Assembly (NCBI GenBank): GCA_965237955.1
Contig: OZ250169.1
Coordinates: forward strand, 5,568,001-5,632,000
Length of the DNA: 64,000 nucleotides
Source: Candidatus Marinacidobacterales bacterium
GTDB lineage: Bacteria > Acidobacteriota > Vicinamibacteria > Marinacidobacterales > SMYC01
Direction of reading: 5' to 3'
Shown here: positions 43,833 to 55,442 of the stretch, piece after piece
How the letters are laid out: every line of letters begins with the position of its first letter
How positions within the stretch are numbered: the stretch's first letter is position 1
The notes under the pieces: model-generated
The model's database searches: none
Seen by the model: only the letters and a program-made list of their open reading frames with translations
Told to the model about the DNA's origin: nothing
Translations under genes and position numbers: made by a program

Positions 43833-44064
43833 ATCAGAAACTGGTGCTTCCGCCATCCACTGTTGGAGATTCGTCGTCATTCCCTTCTGTTGAGGTACTT
43901 GGGGCCCGTTTTGAGTCCGAATGAGTGGGTGTCGCCCAAATCAGCCGTAATCTATTGCATTGCAAAGCCTTAGGTTCCTTTCGGCAACACTTAATGACGC
44001 AAGCACCTGATTTCACACGCGGACGGATTTTGATGAGGCACAGGTTTTCAATTCTCGAAGCTGC

Positions 44065-44499
44065 CTACGGAAGGCTCTCGCTGGGTAAGAGTTGGAATCC
44101 TTCGGACAATGCAGCGTCGCAAAGTCGATCGTCGAGACAGACGAGGCTTTCGCCCGTCGGATCGTCTTCGCAAAAGACCAACGCGGCGGCTAGTTGGAGC
44201 GCATCCGCAGCTCGTAGGGGATGTACGGCTAGAAGTCGTCCAGCGCGTCGTCGTACGTCTTCGGTAGCGGCAACGGTGTCCGAATGGTCGACGAGAAGCT
44301 CCAGCCGTTGAAGAGCCGTTTCCAACATAGCTCTCGGCAACGGGTCCTCCCGGTGTCGTCGATAGATGGCCGATTTACACTCGACCGGGGTTCCCGACCA
44401 AAATACCGGGGTGGCGCTCGAGCGAATAATCGTCGTCATTTCATTCGAGCGAACCTCCGGAAGCAGCAGAGGAACCAAAGCCGAGCTATCCCAAAACAC
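44065..44499 (-). CDS. vapC: VapC-family PIN toxin
   Basis: FWDSSALVPL, VECKSA, LRAADALQLAAAL, CLDDRL.DAA..EGF. Confidence 0.88.
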   Translation of the reverse strand: MFWDSSALVPLLLPEVRSNEMTTIIRSSATPVFWSGTPVECKSAIYRRHREDPLPRAMLETALQRLELLVDHSDTVAATEDVRRRAGRLLAVHPLRAADALQLAAALVFCEDDPTGESLVCLDDRLCDAALSEGFQLLPSESLP

Positions 44500-44505
44500 T
44501 GGGCG

Positions 44506-44799
44506 CTAGCGACCCTCTTCACGCTCTGAAAGCAAAGCGGACAGCACATCTTCACCGATGTTCGTGGGGCCCTTGGGCGGTACGAGCAGCGATTTGGGCA
44601 TGCGGCGCTTACCGAGCTTGAGCAGACCGCCGGCCGCCAGCCGCTGCCGGCGGTCATCGCGCTTCTGAGTCGCATCGATCGGAACCAACTTTGCCACCGG
44701 TGACCCGCGCTCGGTGATCAAGATCTCGTTTCCCGACTTCACCTGCTTGAGATATTTGGCCAAGCGCGCCTTCAGTTCCGCTACCCCAGCCGTATCCAT
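44506..44799 (-). CDS. Phd/YefM-family antitoxin
   Basis: VAELKARLAKYLKQVKSGNEILITERGSPVAKLVP; immediately upstream of vapC. Confidence 0.9.
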   Translation of the reverse strand: MDTAGVAELKARLAKYLKQVKSGNEILITERGSPVAKLVPIDATQKRDDRRQRLAAGGLLKLGKRRMPKSLLVPPKGPTNIGEDVLSALLSEREEGR

Positions 44800-44800
44800 G

Positions 44801-44827
44801 TGACTATATGGTCAACTAGAATTGACC
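44801..44827 (-). promoter_or_regulatory. Putative toxin-antitoxin autoregulatory operator
   Basis: Overlapping palindromes TGAC-N6-GTCA (44801-44814) and GGTCAA-N6-TTGACC (44810-44827) abutting the antitoxin ATG. Confidence 0.5.
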
Positions 44828-44846
44828 TGTTAAACCACTCTCGATT

Positions 44847-45047
44847 TCAAAACGACCCGTCCGCCGACACCGGGTCGTTCTCCCGCAAATTCTCGAGCGT
44901 CTGGTCGGAGAAAACGATGCCCCAGCCGAACGTGTTGTCCGGCCGATTGCGCTCGTAGATGTGGATCGCGTGGTCGGGGTTGCGGCGTTTGGCGGAGACG
45001 CCGAAGCAGAGGCCACCTGGACCACCGCCGATGCAGGCGATCTTCAT
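44847..45047 (-). pseudogene. N-terminal stub of salicylyl-CoA 5-hydroxylase-like FAD monooxygenase
   Basis: [13 protein letters not shown]...[21 protein letters not shown]; ends after ~62 aa at the TA module. Confidence 0.8.
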
Positions 45048-45057
45048 GGTGCGGTAA

Positions 45058-47988
45058 CTATATCAGCACTTTCTCCGGCTTCAGGATCACCCCTTCGTTG
45101 CGTCTCCCGTCCATCTTCACGACAAGAGGCGCATCGAAGCGCACGTGCCGAACCGGACCTTCCTCGGCGACGGCCTCTTGCTTGGCAAGCCAGTCCCAGT
45201 CGAGGAACCCCTCGCCCTCTGCCGGGTTCACGGTGAAGTAGCCGACGTTGTTCGAAATCAGGTTCTGGAAGAAATGCGTCCCCTGCGACGGGGTGACCCG
45301 GAAGTCGCGAAAACCCGCTTCGACGATCACACGCGCGCCGGCAATTTGACTCCAGTTCACCGGGATGCCGAGGTAGGGCTCGCGCGAGCCCCAACGTCCC
45401 ACGCCGATGAGAACGTACGGTCTGTTCTCCGCGTGCAGGGCTCGACCCATCTGACCCACGGTGTCGGCGGTGCGCCGGCTTTCCTTGCGCTCGAAGCGGT
45501 GATAATCGACGACGATCGCGTCCTTTAGGTCGGTGAGCAGGCCGTTGCCGAGCACGCTTCCGCTGTGACAGATCGTTTCGCTGTCGTCCACGTCGCCGAT
45601 CTCGATCTCCTCGAGCTCTTGCGCCAAGACCATAGGGCGCAGCTGAAGAAAGCCGAACTCCCGTCGTCCGTCGGGGGTCGGTGTGAGGTTCACCGCGAAC
45701 TCGATCTCGACCGGAGCACGCGTTCCTTCGCCACCGATAGCCAGCAGCGTTTCGAGGATTTCGGCGAGTGGGAACAGACCGTGCTTCAAAAGCGGAGCAA
45801 ACGTCACCACGCGCGGCCCGGCACGGGATACGCCGTCGTAGAGAGCGTCGTTCTCCGCCGAGTACGTCGAAGCGACGGCGGCGAGAGTGCCGTCGGTTTC
45901 GGCGCTGTCGAGCTCCCAGGACGCGAGCTCGACGCGATCGGTCTGTCGCAGATCGATGGCGTAGAAATCGCGTTGTGAAGTTTTCAAGATCGCGGGGAGC
46001 TCGATGGGCACATGGCGCGGGAACTTCGGGCTGAACCGAATGGCGCTTCCACCTTCCTCCACGGTTTTGCCGAGGCCGAGAGCCACCGCGACCATACCGT
46101 CGTCGTTTTTGGCCGGCGGCGTCGGATAGAAGTTGTACGAGCGTGCCGCGCCGGCGAAATCCGGGTAGAAGCGCTCGCCGTGAGGGGACCCGACGACCCG
46201 CTGGATGATGACGGCCATCTTTTCTTCTTCCAGCCGGTATTGAGTCGATTCGAGATAGATTTTGGCACTCGAGGAGAACGTGGACGCGTACACGCGTTTG
46301 ACCGCGGTCAGGAGCTGCTCGAGTCGGGTTTCGAGCCTACGGTGGTTGTTCGCGAGCATGTACGTCTCGTAGACGCCTGCGAACGGGTGATGCTGGGAGT
46401 CTTCGAGGAGGCTCGATGAGCGAACCGCGAGGGGGTAGCGAGCGCGGTCGAGAAACACTTTGAGATCCTTTTTGAGCTCGCGGGTAAACGTCGCCGCCTG
46501 GAATCGTTTGCCGAGCTCGTCGTCACGGTCGCATTGGATCGCGAAGTCGGCGAGGTCGTTGTCCTCCATGAAGCGGTCGAAAACCTCGGTGCCGATGACC
46601 ATCGACGTGGGCACCGACACCGTGACGCCGGGAAACTCGCGTTCGATGTGGAATTGGCTCAGCAAGTTGTTGACGAAAGCGATGCCACGGGCCTTGCCGC
46701 CGAGCGAGCCGCCGCCGACGCGATAAAAGCTCGCGGAGGCGTCGAAAGTGTTGCGGTCGAAATCGACGACCTGGCCTCGATTGCGCTCCTCGCGGTACTC
46801 GGCGATGGACTTGATGACCGACGTCCGTAGGTCCTCCAGTGTCGCGTAGTCGGAGACTTTGAGTGGTCGAAGTTTTGCCGCGAGCTGGAGCTCGGTGCGT
46901 GCCTTCAGCCACGTGGAAAAGTCGTTCCGCTCGCCGTGGTAGGCGATGCTCTCGGCAGGCACCTTCTCGAGCATGTGCTCCAGGGTCTTGAGATCCGACG
47001 CGTGCCCGATCTCCGTGCCATCGGGAAGCCGGAACACGAAGTCGCCGATACGAAGGCTTTCGACCATGAACTCGCGCACGTGGTTGAGAAGGAGCGGGGA
47101 GCCTTTGAGAAGGAATGACGCACCCACCGAACGCGCTTCGGTTTCGTTCTCCTTACGACTCGATTGAAGCATGATGGGCACGTCGGGCCGCACCGCGCGG
47201 ACCGCTCTGGCGAGCTGAACGCCGGCGTCGGCGCGCGCGGCGCCGTCTCGCGGGAATTGAATGTCAGAGATGATTCCGAGAATGTCGTTCGGGAAACGGT
47301 GGAAGTAGTCCCACGCCTCCTCGTAGTGGTCGCTCAGGAGGATCTTGGGTCGCGCGCGAATCCGCATGAGCTTGTCCGTCAAGTTCAAGCCTTCGGGCAT
47401 GAGGCTGTGAGAATGCTTGACGAGCTCGGTGTAGATGACCGGGAGAAACGAAGAGTAGTAGCGAATGTTGTCCTCGATGAGAACGATCGCGGGAACGCCG
47501 ACGATGCCGGTGTCGTGGTCGACGTTCATTTTGTCTTCCATGTACTTCACGATGGCGAGTAAGATGCGAACGTCGCCTTGCCACAGGAAGATTCGCTCGA
47601 TGGACGTGACGTCGTAGTTGTCGATGAACTGTGCGAGCTGGCGGCGGTCGTACGCGAGCAGCACCACCGGGGTTTCGAGCCCCTGGCGCCTGAGCTCCGC
47701 GATGAGCTGCAACACGTTCATGTCGCCGAGCTCGATGGACGTGATGATGAGGTTGTAACGGCTTGAGGCGTGGGCGAGGGAAAGCGCTTCTTTGCCCGAG
47801 TACACGTGGGTGATGTTGGGTGTGTGGCGTAGGTTCAGCTCGAGGAACTCGCCGAGAAACTGTTCGCTGAGTCGTCCGTCTTGCGAAAGAATGTAGTAGT
47901 CGTAGAGCGACGATACGAGGAGGACGTCCTGAACGCGGTTTTGGATGAGATCTTGGAAACCGTGGAATCGGTCGTTCCGCGTTGCCAT
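45058..47988 (-). CDS. Receiver-domain plus PEP/pyruvate-binding (PPDK_N) protein
   Basis: Two receiver-like domains; [47 protein letters not shown]. Confidence 0.88.
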   Translation of the reverse strand: MATRNDRFHGFQDLIQNRVQDVLLVSSLYDYYILSQDGRLSEQFLGEFLELNLRHTPNITHVYSGKEALSLAHASSRYNLIITSIELGDMNVLQLIAELRRQGLETPVVLLAYDRRQLAQFIDNYDVTSIERIFLWQGDVRILLAIVKYMEDKMNVDHDTGIVGVPAIVLIEDNIRYYSSFLPVIYTELVKHSHSLMPEGLNLTDKLMRIRARPKILLSDHYEEAWDYFHRFPNDILGIISDIQFPRDGAARADAGVQLARAVRAVRPDVPIMLQSSRKENETEARSVGASFLLKGSPLLLNHVREFMVESLRIGDFVFRLPDGTEIGHASDLKTLEHMLEKVPAESIAYHGERNDFSTWLKARTELQLAAKLRPLKVSDYATLEDLRTSVIKSIAEYREERNRGQVVDFDRNTFDASASFYRVGGGSLGGKARGIAFVNNLLSQFHIEREFPGVTVSVPTSMVIGTEVFDRFMEDNDLADFAIQCDRDDELGKRFQAATFTRELKKDLKVFLDRARYPLAVRSSSLLEDSQHHPFAGVYETYMLANNHRRLETRLEQLLTAVKRVYASTFSSSAKIYLESTQYRLEEEKMAVIIQRVVGSPHGERFYPDFAGAARSYNFYPTPPAKNDDGMVAVALGLGKTVEEGGSAIRFSPKFPRHVPIELPAILKTSQRDFYAIDLRQTDRVELASWELDSAETDGTLAAVASTYSAENDALYDGVSRAGPRVVTFAPLLKHGLFPLAEILETLLAIGGEGTRAPVEIEFAVNLTPTPDGRREFGFLQLRPMVLAQELEEIEIGDVDDSETICHSGSVLGNGLLTDLKDAIVVDYHRFERKESRRTADTVGQMGRALHAENRPYVLIGVGRWGSREPYLGIPVNWSQIAGARVIVEAGFRDFRVTPSQGTHFFQNLISNNVGYFTVNPAEGEGFLDWDWLAKQEAVAEEGPVRHVRFDAPLVVKMDGRRNEGVILKPEKVLI

Positions 47989-48007
47989 CAGCAAGCTCTC
48001 GAAGAAA

Positions 48008-48719
48008 TCAGTTACACGGCTCGAGTGGTCTCATGAAACTTTCTATCTCAGAATCATTGCCTACGGTGCCGGTCAGGTCGATGGAGTGGGCAGGGGATTC
48101 GGGCGACGGATCCGGGCCGAACCAAATGCCTACGCGCCGGCGATCGTCATCGCATTCGAGCAACATCATCGTCACCAGGCCATCGTGGGCGTTGTCCATT
48201 TCTTCAGTGTCGATGGTGCCACGATGGCTGACCCCACAACACTTCGTCGTCAGCGCGATCCAGGCGTCCGCGTGCGACGCGCTCTCTCAGATCGACGTTG
48301 AACCGCTCTCGTTTCAGCGAGTCGACGTTTTCGGTGCGCCCTTCGAAGAAATCGTAGAGCTCCTCGTCTCCGTCGCCGAACGCTGGAAACGACATGAAGA
48401 TGAAGCCGTTTCTCGTGTACTCACCGGGTCTGCCATCGTCGGACGGGGGTTGGTCCGAGAGAACCGCGAAGTCGAAAACAAACGGAACGGAGAAGGCGGC
48501 CACGGTGAAATAGCCGTCCGGGAGCGCCTCGGCACCGAGGATCTCGAGTGCTTTCTCGGTCCGCGCTTCGGGATCGGACATGGTCTCGCCGAGCTCGCGA
48601 GCTTTTTGTGCTCCCCAAAAGCCCAAGCCGGCGACGATGAGAACGAGAGTCGCGATCGCACCCACGCAACCGCAACCGACCCAGAGCCAAGGTGGGAGCC
48701 CTTTCTTGTCGGTACTCAC
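48008..48719 (-). CDS. Hypothetical membrane-anchored protein, frameshift at ~48233
   Basis: WVGCGC plus TM; removing one G from GGGG joins to VSHRGTIDTEEMDNAHDG... Confidence 0.6.
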
Positions 48720-48839
48720 GGGCTAGTTGTCGACCTCCTTGTCGTGAGTTCGGGAGCACCTTAGCACGAGTTCACGCGCCGGTTGGAAAGCGACATGTTT
48801 TCCGCTATGGTCCCCCCCCACTATCAGGGAGGTGCTGAA

Positions 48840-49244
48840 ATGTTAGGGGAGTTGATTTTCGAGGAAAAGGGCACGACCACTGGCGTTCGGGTGTTGTCCG
48901 CGGAAGCCGTCGAGGTAAAAGTCGAAGTCACGCTGGAGAGGCAAGGGAAAATCAAGGGTGTCGACGAGAACTCCCTGTGGACCTACTGGTCGAAAACCCG
49001 CGCCGACGGTTCGATCTACGGTCAAGGCGAAGGCTTCATGACGACGAATGACGGGGCCGTCATCGCCTTGATTGGAAACTGCTCCGCCGAGTGGTCGTCC
49101 GATGGTTCTGTCGCTTATCGGGGTTCCATCCACTTCCACACGGAAAACGAGAAGTACTCGTATTTGAACACGATCGCGGGGGTTCACGAGTACGACGTCG
49201 ATGCGCAGGGAAACACCGTGGCCAAAATCTGGGAGTGGAAGTAG
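48840..49244 (+). CDS. Hypothetical beta-rich protein
   Basis: GGAGG RBS; MLGELIFEEKG...YGQGEG...YLN...EYDVD...KIWEWK. Confidence 0.7.
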   Translation: MLGELIFEEKGTTTGVRVLSAEAVEVKVEVTLERQGKIKGVDENSLWTYWSKTRADGSIYGQGEGFMTTNDGAVIALIGNCSAEWSSDGSVAYRGSIHFHTENEKYSYLNTIAGVHEYDVDAQGNTVAKIWEWK

Positions 49245-49298
49245 CGTCAACCCTAGCTAAAAAACACGTAGAATCGTGTCTCAAAGAGGAGAGGTACG

Positions 49299-49838
49299 AT
49301 GCGTCACGAAATTCTGTCCCTAGTCGCGGTGGGGGTGTTGGCGTCGGTCACGACGTTGGGTGTCCAAGAGCTCACGCAAACGTTCGTCGTGAACCTCAAG
49401 GACCCTCACCCCATCGAGGGCGACGTGAACGTTTCGTCGCCGATCCCCCACAGCGATATGACCAGCATGGTCGACGTGGTGGTCGCGCCGGCGACGCGCG
49501 AGCAAACCGGTCTGTGGACGGATGTCGGACCGATCGATACCGCGGGATTCACGTCCGTGGTGCTGAGCCTTCACGGACAACTTCGTGGCAGCACCGGCGG
49601 TACCGGAGTCGTCTCGCTCGTCCTCGTGCCCGACGAGGAGAACATTCTGCGTGCGTTTGCCGAAGGCGAAGTGCACCTCGAGCTCGAAGCGACCGCGGAC
49701 CCCGTTGCGACGAACGCCCTTTACTTCAGCGGCACGAGCGGCGACCTCCCGATAGGGTTTCCGAGCTATCGCGTCTTTCTCTACAACACGACCGAACGGA
49801 GCGCCTCGGTAAACGTCTTCGCCTACTTGGCGAATTAG
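49299..49838 (+). CDS. Hypothetical secreted protein
   Basis: GAGG RBS, signal peptide, host-like codon usage. Confidence 0.65.
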   Translation: MRHEILSLVAVGVLASVTTLGVQELTQTFVVNLKDPHPIEGDVNVSSPIPHSDMTSMVDVVVAPATREQTGLWTDVGPIDTAGFTSVVLSLHGQLRGSTGGTGVVSLVLVPDEENILRAFAEGEVHLELEATADPVATNALYFSGTSGDLPIGFPSYRVFLYNTTERSASVNVFAYLAN

Positions 49839-49937
49839 TTCACGGTCCGGCGCGCCGACGGCCGATGGCTGGCTGATGGCCGGCGGCTGATGGCCGATGG
49901 CGCCGCGGCGAGCCGCTCAGCGTTCTAATGGCGCTCG

Positions 49938-51317
<1,380 letters not shown>

Positions 51318-51378
51318 TTATCGTTAGGTTAACGGCGTCTCCGCGCCTCTGCGTCTTTGCGTTGTTTTTTCGTTGTGG

Positions 51379-52020
51379 CTATGAGACTTCCTGCGTCTCC
51401 GTCACCGCGATGAGCTCGCGGCGGCGCCATTCGGGGACGACGACGCCGAGGGAAATGATCATGCGGAGCGCTTCATCCACGGTCATCTCGAGCTCGATGA
51501 CATCATCTTTGGGTACCAGGATGATGAAGCCCGAAGTCGGGTTTGGCGTTGTCGGCACGAAGACGCAGACGACTTCCTGTCCGGTGTGCGCCTGGACTTC
51601 ACCCAAGTCGCTCGACGTCTGGAAGCAGAGGCTCCAGATGCCTTTTCGCGGGTACTCCATGAGGAGCACTTTTCGGAACGACTCGCTGCGCGGCGACAGA
51701 AGAGTCTCCGCGACTTTCTTGACGCCGGAGTAGACCCAGCTCACGAGAGGGATGCGGGCCAAGAGCGCTTCCCATACTGCGATTAGCTTTTTCCCGAGCA
51801 GGTTGGCGGCAAAAAAACCTGTGACGAGCAGAAGCGTGAACGTCAAAATGACGCCGAGCCCGGGAATGCGAAACCCGAAGAGGTTCTCCGGACGGAGCGG
51901 CGTCGGGATCAACCCGTCCATAAAGCTGATGAAGAGACGCAACAGGAGCAGGGTGACGCCGAGCGGGATCCAGACCAGGAGACCTGTCGCCAGGTAGCGC
52001 CGGATCTTCATTTTGCGCAT
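51379..52020 (-). CDS. DUF502 membrane protein
   Basis: TGLLVWIPLGVT, RIPLV..VY..VK, EYPRKG, FVPTTPNPTSG. Confidence 0.92.
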   Translation of the reverse strand: MRKMKIRRYLATGLLVWIPLGVTLLLLRLFISFMDGLIPTPLRPENLFGFRIPGLGVILTFTLLLVTGFFAANLLGKKLIAVWEALLARIPLVSWVYSGVKKVAETLLSPRSESFRKVLLMEYPRKGIWSLCFQTSSDLGEVQAHTGQEVVCVFVPTTPNPTSGFIILVPKDDVIELEMTVDEALRMIISLGVVVPEWRRRELIAVTETQEVS

Positions 52021-52180
52021 TGGTCAGCCATCGCCGAAGCCTGAAAAAGGCTTCTGTCAGGTTCGTTTTTCAGGATTGTACCGAGCTCTCGCTCCATTTA
52101 ACTGTAACGCGAACCGAACCTTGCAGCAAGGGAGCGCCGTTTGGACGAGGGCCCCCTCACCCGGCTCGCTCACGCGAGGT

Positions 52181-52690
52181 TCAATTGTCTAGGCACAACC
52201 ATTTTTTGAGCTTCGCCATCTGTTCGGACGTCAGAGACTGGTCGTCCAGGATTTGCACGAGGTGTTCGCGATTGCGAGCGAGCGGTTTGTAGCCGCAGCC
52301 GTCGAAGAGCTCGGGGCTTGTTTGCTCGAGAAGCGGGCGGGGGTAGTCGCGGCACATACCCGGCGGTGACTCGTAGCTGTCACAACGTCTCGTGTCCACG
52401 TCGAAGTGGGTGCATTTGAAGATGAACGCCTTGTCCTCACGGCGCGCTTCGACGAGGTCGAAGCCATTGATCTTGGCATGCCACCACAGGAAAACCTGGC
52501 GAATGAAAGGGAAATACCAAGTGAGCTTGCCGACTCGGATGCCGGGCTCTTCACAGCACTTCGCACAGCGGACGCATTCACCACCGAGATCGTAGCGGAC
52601 ATCGGCCTGAGCTCGGTGCAGCCACAACCGGGCGTAGTAGACGCCGAGGCTGATGCGCTTCACGCTCCGCAAAAACGGACCGTCTCTCAT
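52181..52690 (-). CDS. YkgJ-family Cys-cluster (CxxCxxCC) protein
   Basis: CVRCAKCC, FKCTHF, CDSYESPPGMCRDYP, GCGY. Confidence 0.85.
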   Translation of the reverse strand: MRDGPFLRSVKRISLGVYYARLWLHRAQADVRYDLGGECVRCAKCCEEPGIRVGKLTWYFPFIRQVFLWWHAKINGFDLVEARREDKAFIFKCTHFDVDTRRCDSYESPPGMCRDYPRPLLEQTSPELFDGCGYKPLARNREHLVQILDDQSLTSEQMAKLKKWLCLDN

Positions 52691-52708
52691 CCCAATGTCA
52701 TCCCAATT

Positions 52709-54478
52709 TCATCGAAGCAGCGTCGAGATCTCCTGGATGCGGCGCTCCAACGCTCGAGATTTGTCAGCGGCGCCGTAAAGCTCGCGCAGCTTTTCGGGGA
52801 TGAACATGGGGTCCGTGCTCTCGCGGATGGCAACGAGTTGTTGAAGCTCTTTTTCGAGACCGTAGTCCGGTGTTCGAAAATGCTCCAGGGTCTCGCGAAT
52901 GTGCTCGGCCGTCGGGGCATCGGCGCCTGCGATCGCGGCGCGTCGAACGCATTGGACGAGAAGGCTTTCGATGTCCGCACCCGAAAGCTCGGGGGGCAGG
53001 GGAGGAAGAGCTTGCTCGTCGATTCTGACGTCGTTCTTGCGCGCCATCGCCATGAACATTTCTCGACGGGCCGCTTCCGTTTCGGGCGGGAAGAGAGGAA
53101 TGTGCACTTCGCACCGTCCCTGGCGCTTCAAGTCGACAGGGAGCAGATCCGGCCGGCAGGTGAGAAGCACCCACAGAATTTTTCCCCGGTAGCGCGTGTC
53201 GCTCATGAGCGACGAGATCATCGCGAACATGCGACTCGACGTGCCGCTGTCACCACCGGCGGACCGGCTTCCCAGCGCCGCGTCGGCCTCGTCGATGACG
53301 ACCACGACCGGTCCGAGCGCTTTGATGACCGACAACACTTTTTGGAGATTGCCTTCCGAGCTTCCGACCCACTTGCTCCGCAGATTCTTGAAGACGATGG
53401 TCGGGATGCCGAGACTGCCGGCTAGACACATCGCGGTAAACGTCTTGCCGGTTCCGATCATACCGCAGAGCAAATAGCCCATCGGCAACGCTTCCAGGCG
53501 TCCGTCTTTGAAAAGCCGAACGTCTTGCTCGAGCCGCTCCTTCACCGCGTCGGGCGCGACCACGGTATCGAGATCGTAGCTCGGCGCAACGAATTCGACG
53601 AGACCGAAACATTGTTTTTCGATGAGCTCTTTCTTGGCTTCGCGGAGTCTCCCGAGGTCGACGTGATTGCCTTTGGCGCCGGAGCTTCCGACAGCCTGGC
53701 CGAGTCCTATTAGCGTGAGTCCGTTGGCCTCACGGGCAACGTCTCGAGCAGCCTTCGCACCTTCGACGAGCGTGCGCGCGTAGTTTTCGCGCGTAGCCTC
53801 GTCCGGCAGATCGACCTCGACCTTGGAGATGAACGGGTTCTCGACGATCCGGCGGTTGACGTCGCCAAGCGCGTCGGCGACGAGGCAGAGCGTGACGTCC
53901 GCACCGCGGATGCCGGGATCGTTTGCCCAGTTGAGGACTTTGATGAGGGTCGCTCCGAGCTCGCCACTCAACATCGAGCCGTCGACCGCAGGCGTGATCG
54001 TCTCGATATAGCGGATGACGATGGCGAGGCTTTTGCGATTCCCGTTTTTGGGTGTGTCGACGAGCTTGTGAAGGATGTAGCGGTCGAGGAGCTCGAAAAC
54101 GAGCTTCGGATCCTTGGCGCGCGAGTTGGCGTAGCTGGTCCCGCTGATGAGGTCGATGGCTTTGAGGGTCTTGTGAAAGTCTTCCTGCATCGCCTGTCGC
54201 CGGTCGCTGTCGCCGGGCGCGAGGAAGCGAACGCCGCTCCCACGGTCGTAGCTCAAGACGATTTCGCGCTGGCCGAAGAGCTGTGTCGCCAGGTAGTGCT
54301 CGAGAGATACAAACTCGTCCGCATCCCGCCGCCCGGGCCCGTTGGGCCCGGTGAGGACGACGGGGACGAGATCGTGGACGTTGCCGTGGAGGAGAAAGAC
54401 GCTCGCCGCACCGCTGACATAGCTCAGAGCGAGCTCACGCGCCCATTCGGGAGCGCTACGGCCCAAAGGGTTATTCAC
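52709..54478 (-). CDS. AAA+ ATPase, classic clade, with degenerate N-terminal AAA-like domain
   Basis: GMIGTGKT Walker A, SKWVGSSE pore loop, VIDEAD Walker B, TCRPDLL...KRQGR, SGADIE; GTG start overlaps pspA stop by 8 nt. Confidence 0.9.
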   Translation of the reverse strand: MNNPLGRSAPEWARELALSYVSGAASVFLLHGNVHDLVPVVLTGPNGPGRRDADEFVSLEHYLATQLFGQREIVLSYDRGSGVRFLAPGDSDRRQAMQEDFHKTLKAIDLISGTSYANSRAKDPKLVFELLDRYILHKLVDTPKNGNRKSLAIVIRYIETITPAVDGSMLSGELGATLIKVLNWANDPGIRGADVTLCLVADALGDVNRRIVENPFISKVEVDLPDEATRENYARTLVEGAKAARDVAREANGLTLIGLGQAVGSSGAKGNHVDLGRLREAKKELIEKQCFGLVEFVAPSYDLDTVVAPDAVKERLEQDVRLFKDGRLEALPMGYLLCGMIGTGKTFTAMCLAGSLGIPTIVFKNLRSKWVGSSEGNLQKVLSVIKALGPVVVVIDEADAALGSRSAGGDSGTSSRMFAMISSLMSDTRYRGKILWVLLTCRPDLLPVDLKRQGRCEVHIPLFPPETEAARREMFMAMARKNDVRIDEQALPPLPPELSGADIESLLVQCVRRAAIAGADAPTAEHIRETLEHFRTPDYGLEKELQQLVAIRESTDPMFIPEKLRELYGAADKSRALERRIQEISTLLR

Positions 54479-55229
54479 TGGATTCGGACGCGGCCTCTTT
54501 CTGGGGGCCGACGGTTTTCTCGGTCGCTTCCGACGAAGGCTCGGCGAGTCCTTGCTCGATCTTGAATTGAGCCAGGAGCTCACCGGCTGCGACTTGGTCC
54601 GCCGCCTGCTTTGCCTTGAGCGCGTCGATGCCCTGATCGCTCAAGTCCGACGCGACCTTGGACCGGGCTTTCGCTTTGTTGATCTGATCGTCGACCCGGC
54701 TCATGATGGCGTCGATATCAGACGACACATCGAACGAGGTATTGAGGGCGCCTGCCGTCTCGGAAACTTCGGCGAGCGCTTTCTCCATCTGGAGCGCCGC
54801 CTTCTTCTTCTCGAGGTCCTTCTTGCTGTTGCCGATTTCAGTGAGAGCCGCCTTCATCTTCAGAAGGTTGTTCTCGTAGTTCTCTTGGTGCTGGGCGAGC
54901 TGCTCGTTGTTGCTCTCGAGCCCGTCTTTGACTCGAGAAAGCTCCAGTGCGAGCTGGCCGGCCATCTCTTCCTGATTGGCCTTTAGATGGTTCTTGATCT
55001 GTCCGGTGAGGCTCGAGATCCGTGAGGTCTCGCTTGCGACTTGTGCCTCCACTTTCAGAACCAGTGCCTGATAGGAGATGAGCCCCTGGCGAGCCTCTTT
55101 CAGGCGTTCGGTAGCCTGCTGGAGTTTCGCCTCAGCCAGGGGGATGACGTGCTTGTCCTCCATCTCGGTGACGGACTTGTTGAACAAGGCGTACCAGACT
55201 GCTTGGATGCGCGCGAAAAGTCCCATCAC
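54471..55229 (-). CDS. pspA: PspA/IM30 (ESCRT-III superfamily) protein
   Basis: Amphipathic N-term GLFARIQAVW; long coiled coil with EEMAGQLALEL; ~250 aa; GGAG RBS; divergent member, start 55229 or 55226. Confidence 0.75.
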   Translation of the reverse strand: MMGLFARIQAVWYALFNKSVTEMEDKHVIPLAEAKLQQATERLKEARQGLISYQALVLKVEAQVASETSRISSLTGQIKNHLKANQEEMAGQLALELSRVKDGLESNNEQLAQHQENYENNLLKMKAALTEIGNSKKDLEKKKAALQMEKALAEVSETAGALNTSFDVSSDIDAIMSRVDDQINKAKARSKVASDLSDQGIDALKAKQAADQVAAGELLAQFKIEQGLAEPSSEATEKTVGPQKEAASESSE

Positions 55230-55279
55230 TGACTCCCTTCGATGATAGCTAGTGGAAGAATCCTAACAGCAATACTTTT

Positions 55280-55440
55280 CAACGGAAAGGAGGAAAGACG
55301 CGAAGGCGCAAAGGGGATCGATGGCTCGTCCGGATCCCGATGCGTGATCCTTCTTTGCGTCTTTGCGTCTTAGCGCCTTTGCGTTAAAAAGCATCATGTC
55401 GCGGATTCCTCTTGCGCCTTGGCGCCTTTGCGTTAAAAAA
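55280..55440. repeat. Intergenic CTTTGCGT/CTTGGCGC octamer repeat element
   Basis: CTTTGCGT-CTTTGCGT-CTTAGCGC-CTTTGCGTTAAAAA and a second GCGCCTTTGCGTTAAAAA copy; complementary AAGACGCGAAGGCGCAAAG arm; similar run at ~51340-51363. Confidence 0.65.
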
Positions 55441-55442
55441 CA

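Noticed and set aside
43925-44030. Possible IS end or CRISPR-leader-like AT-rich segment
   Set aside because: No partner repeat, array or transposase nearby.
49845-49900. GGCCGAT/GGCTGAT short tandem repeats (similar short runs at ~7580, ~29080, ~60825)
   Set aside because: Short degenerate intergenic repeats common in such genomes; no spacers or evidence of function.
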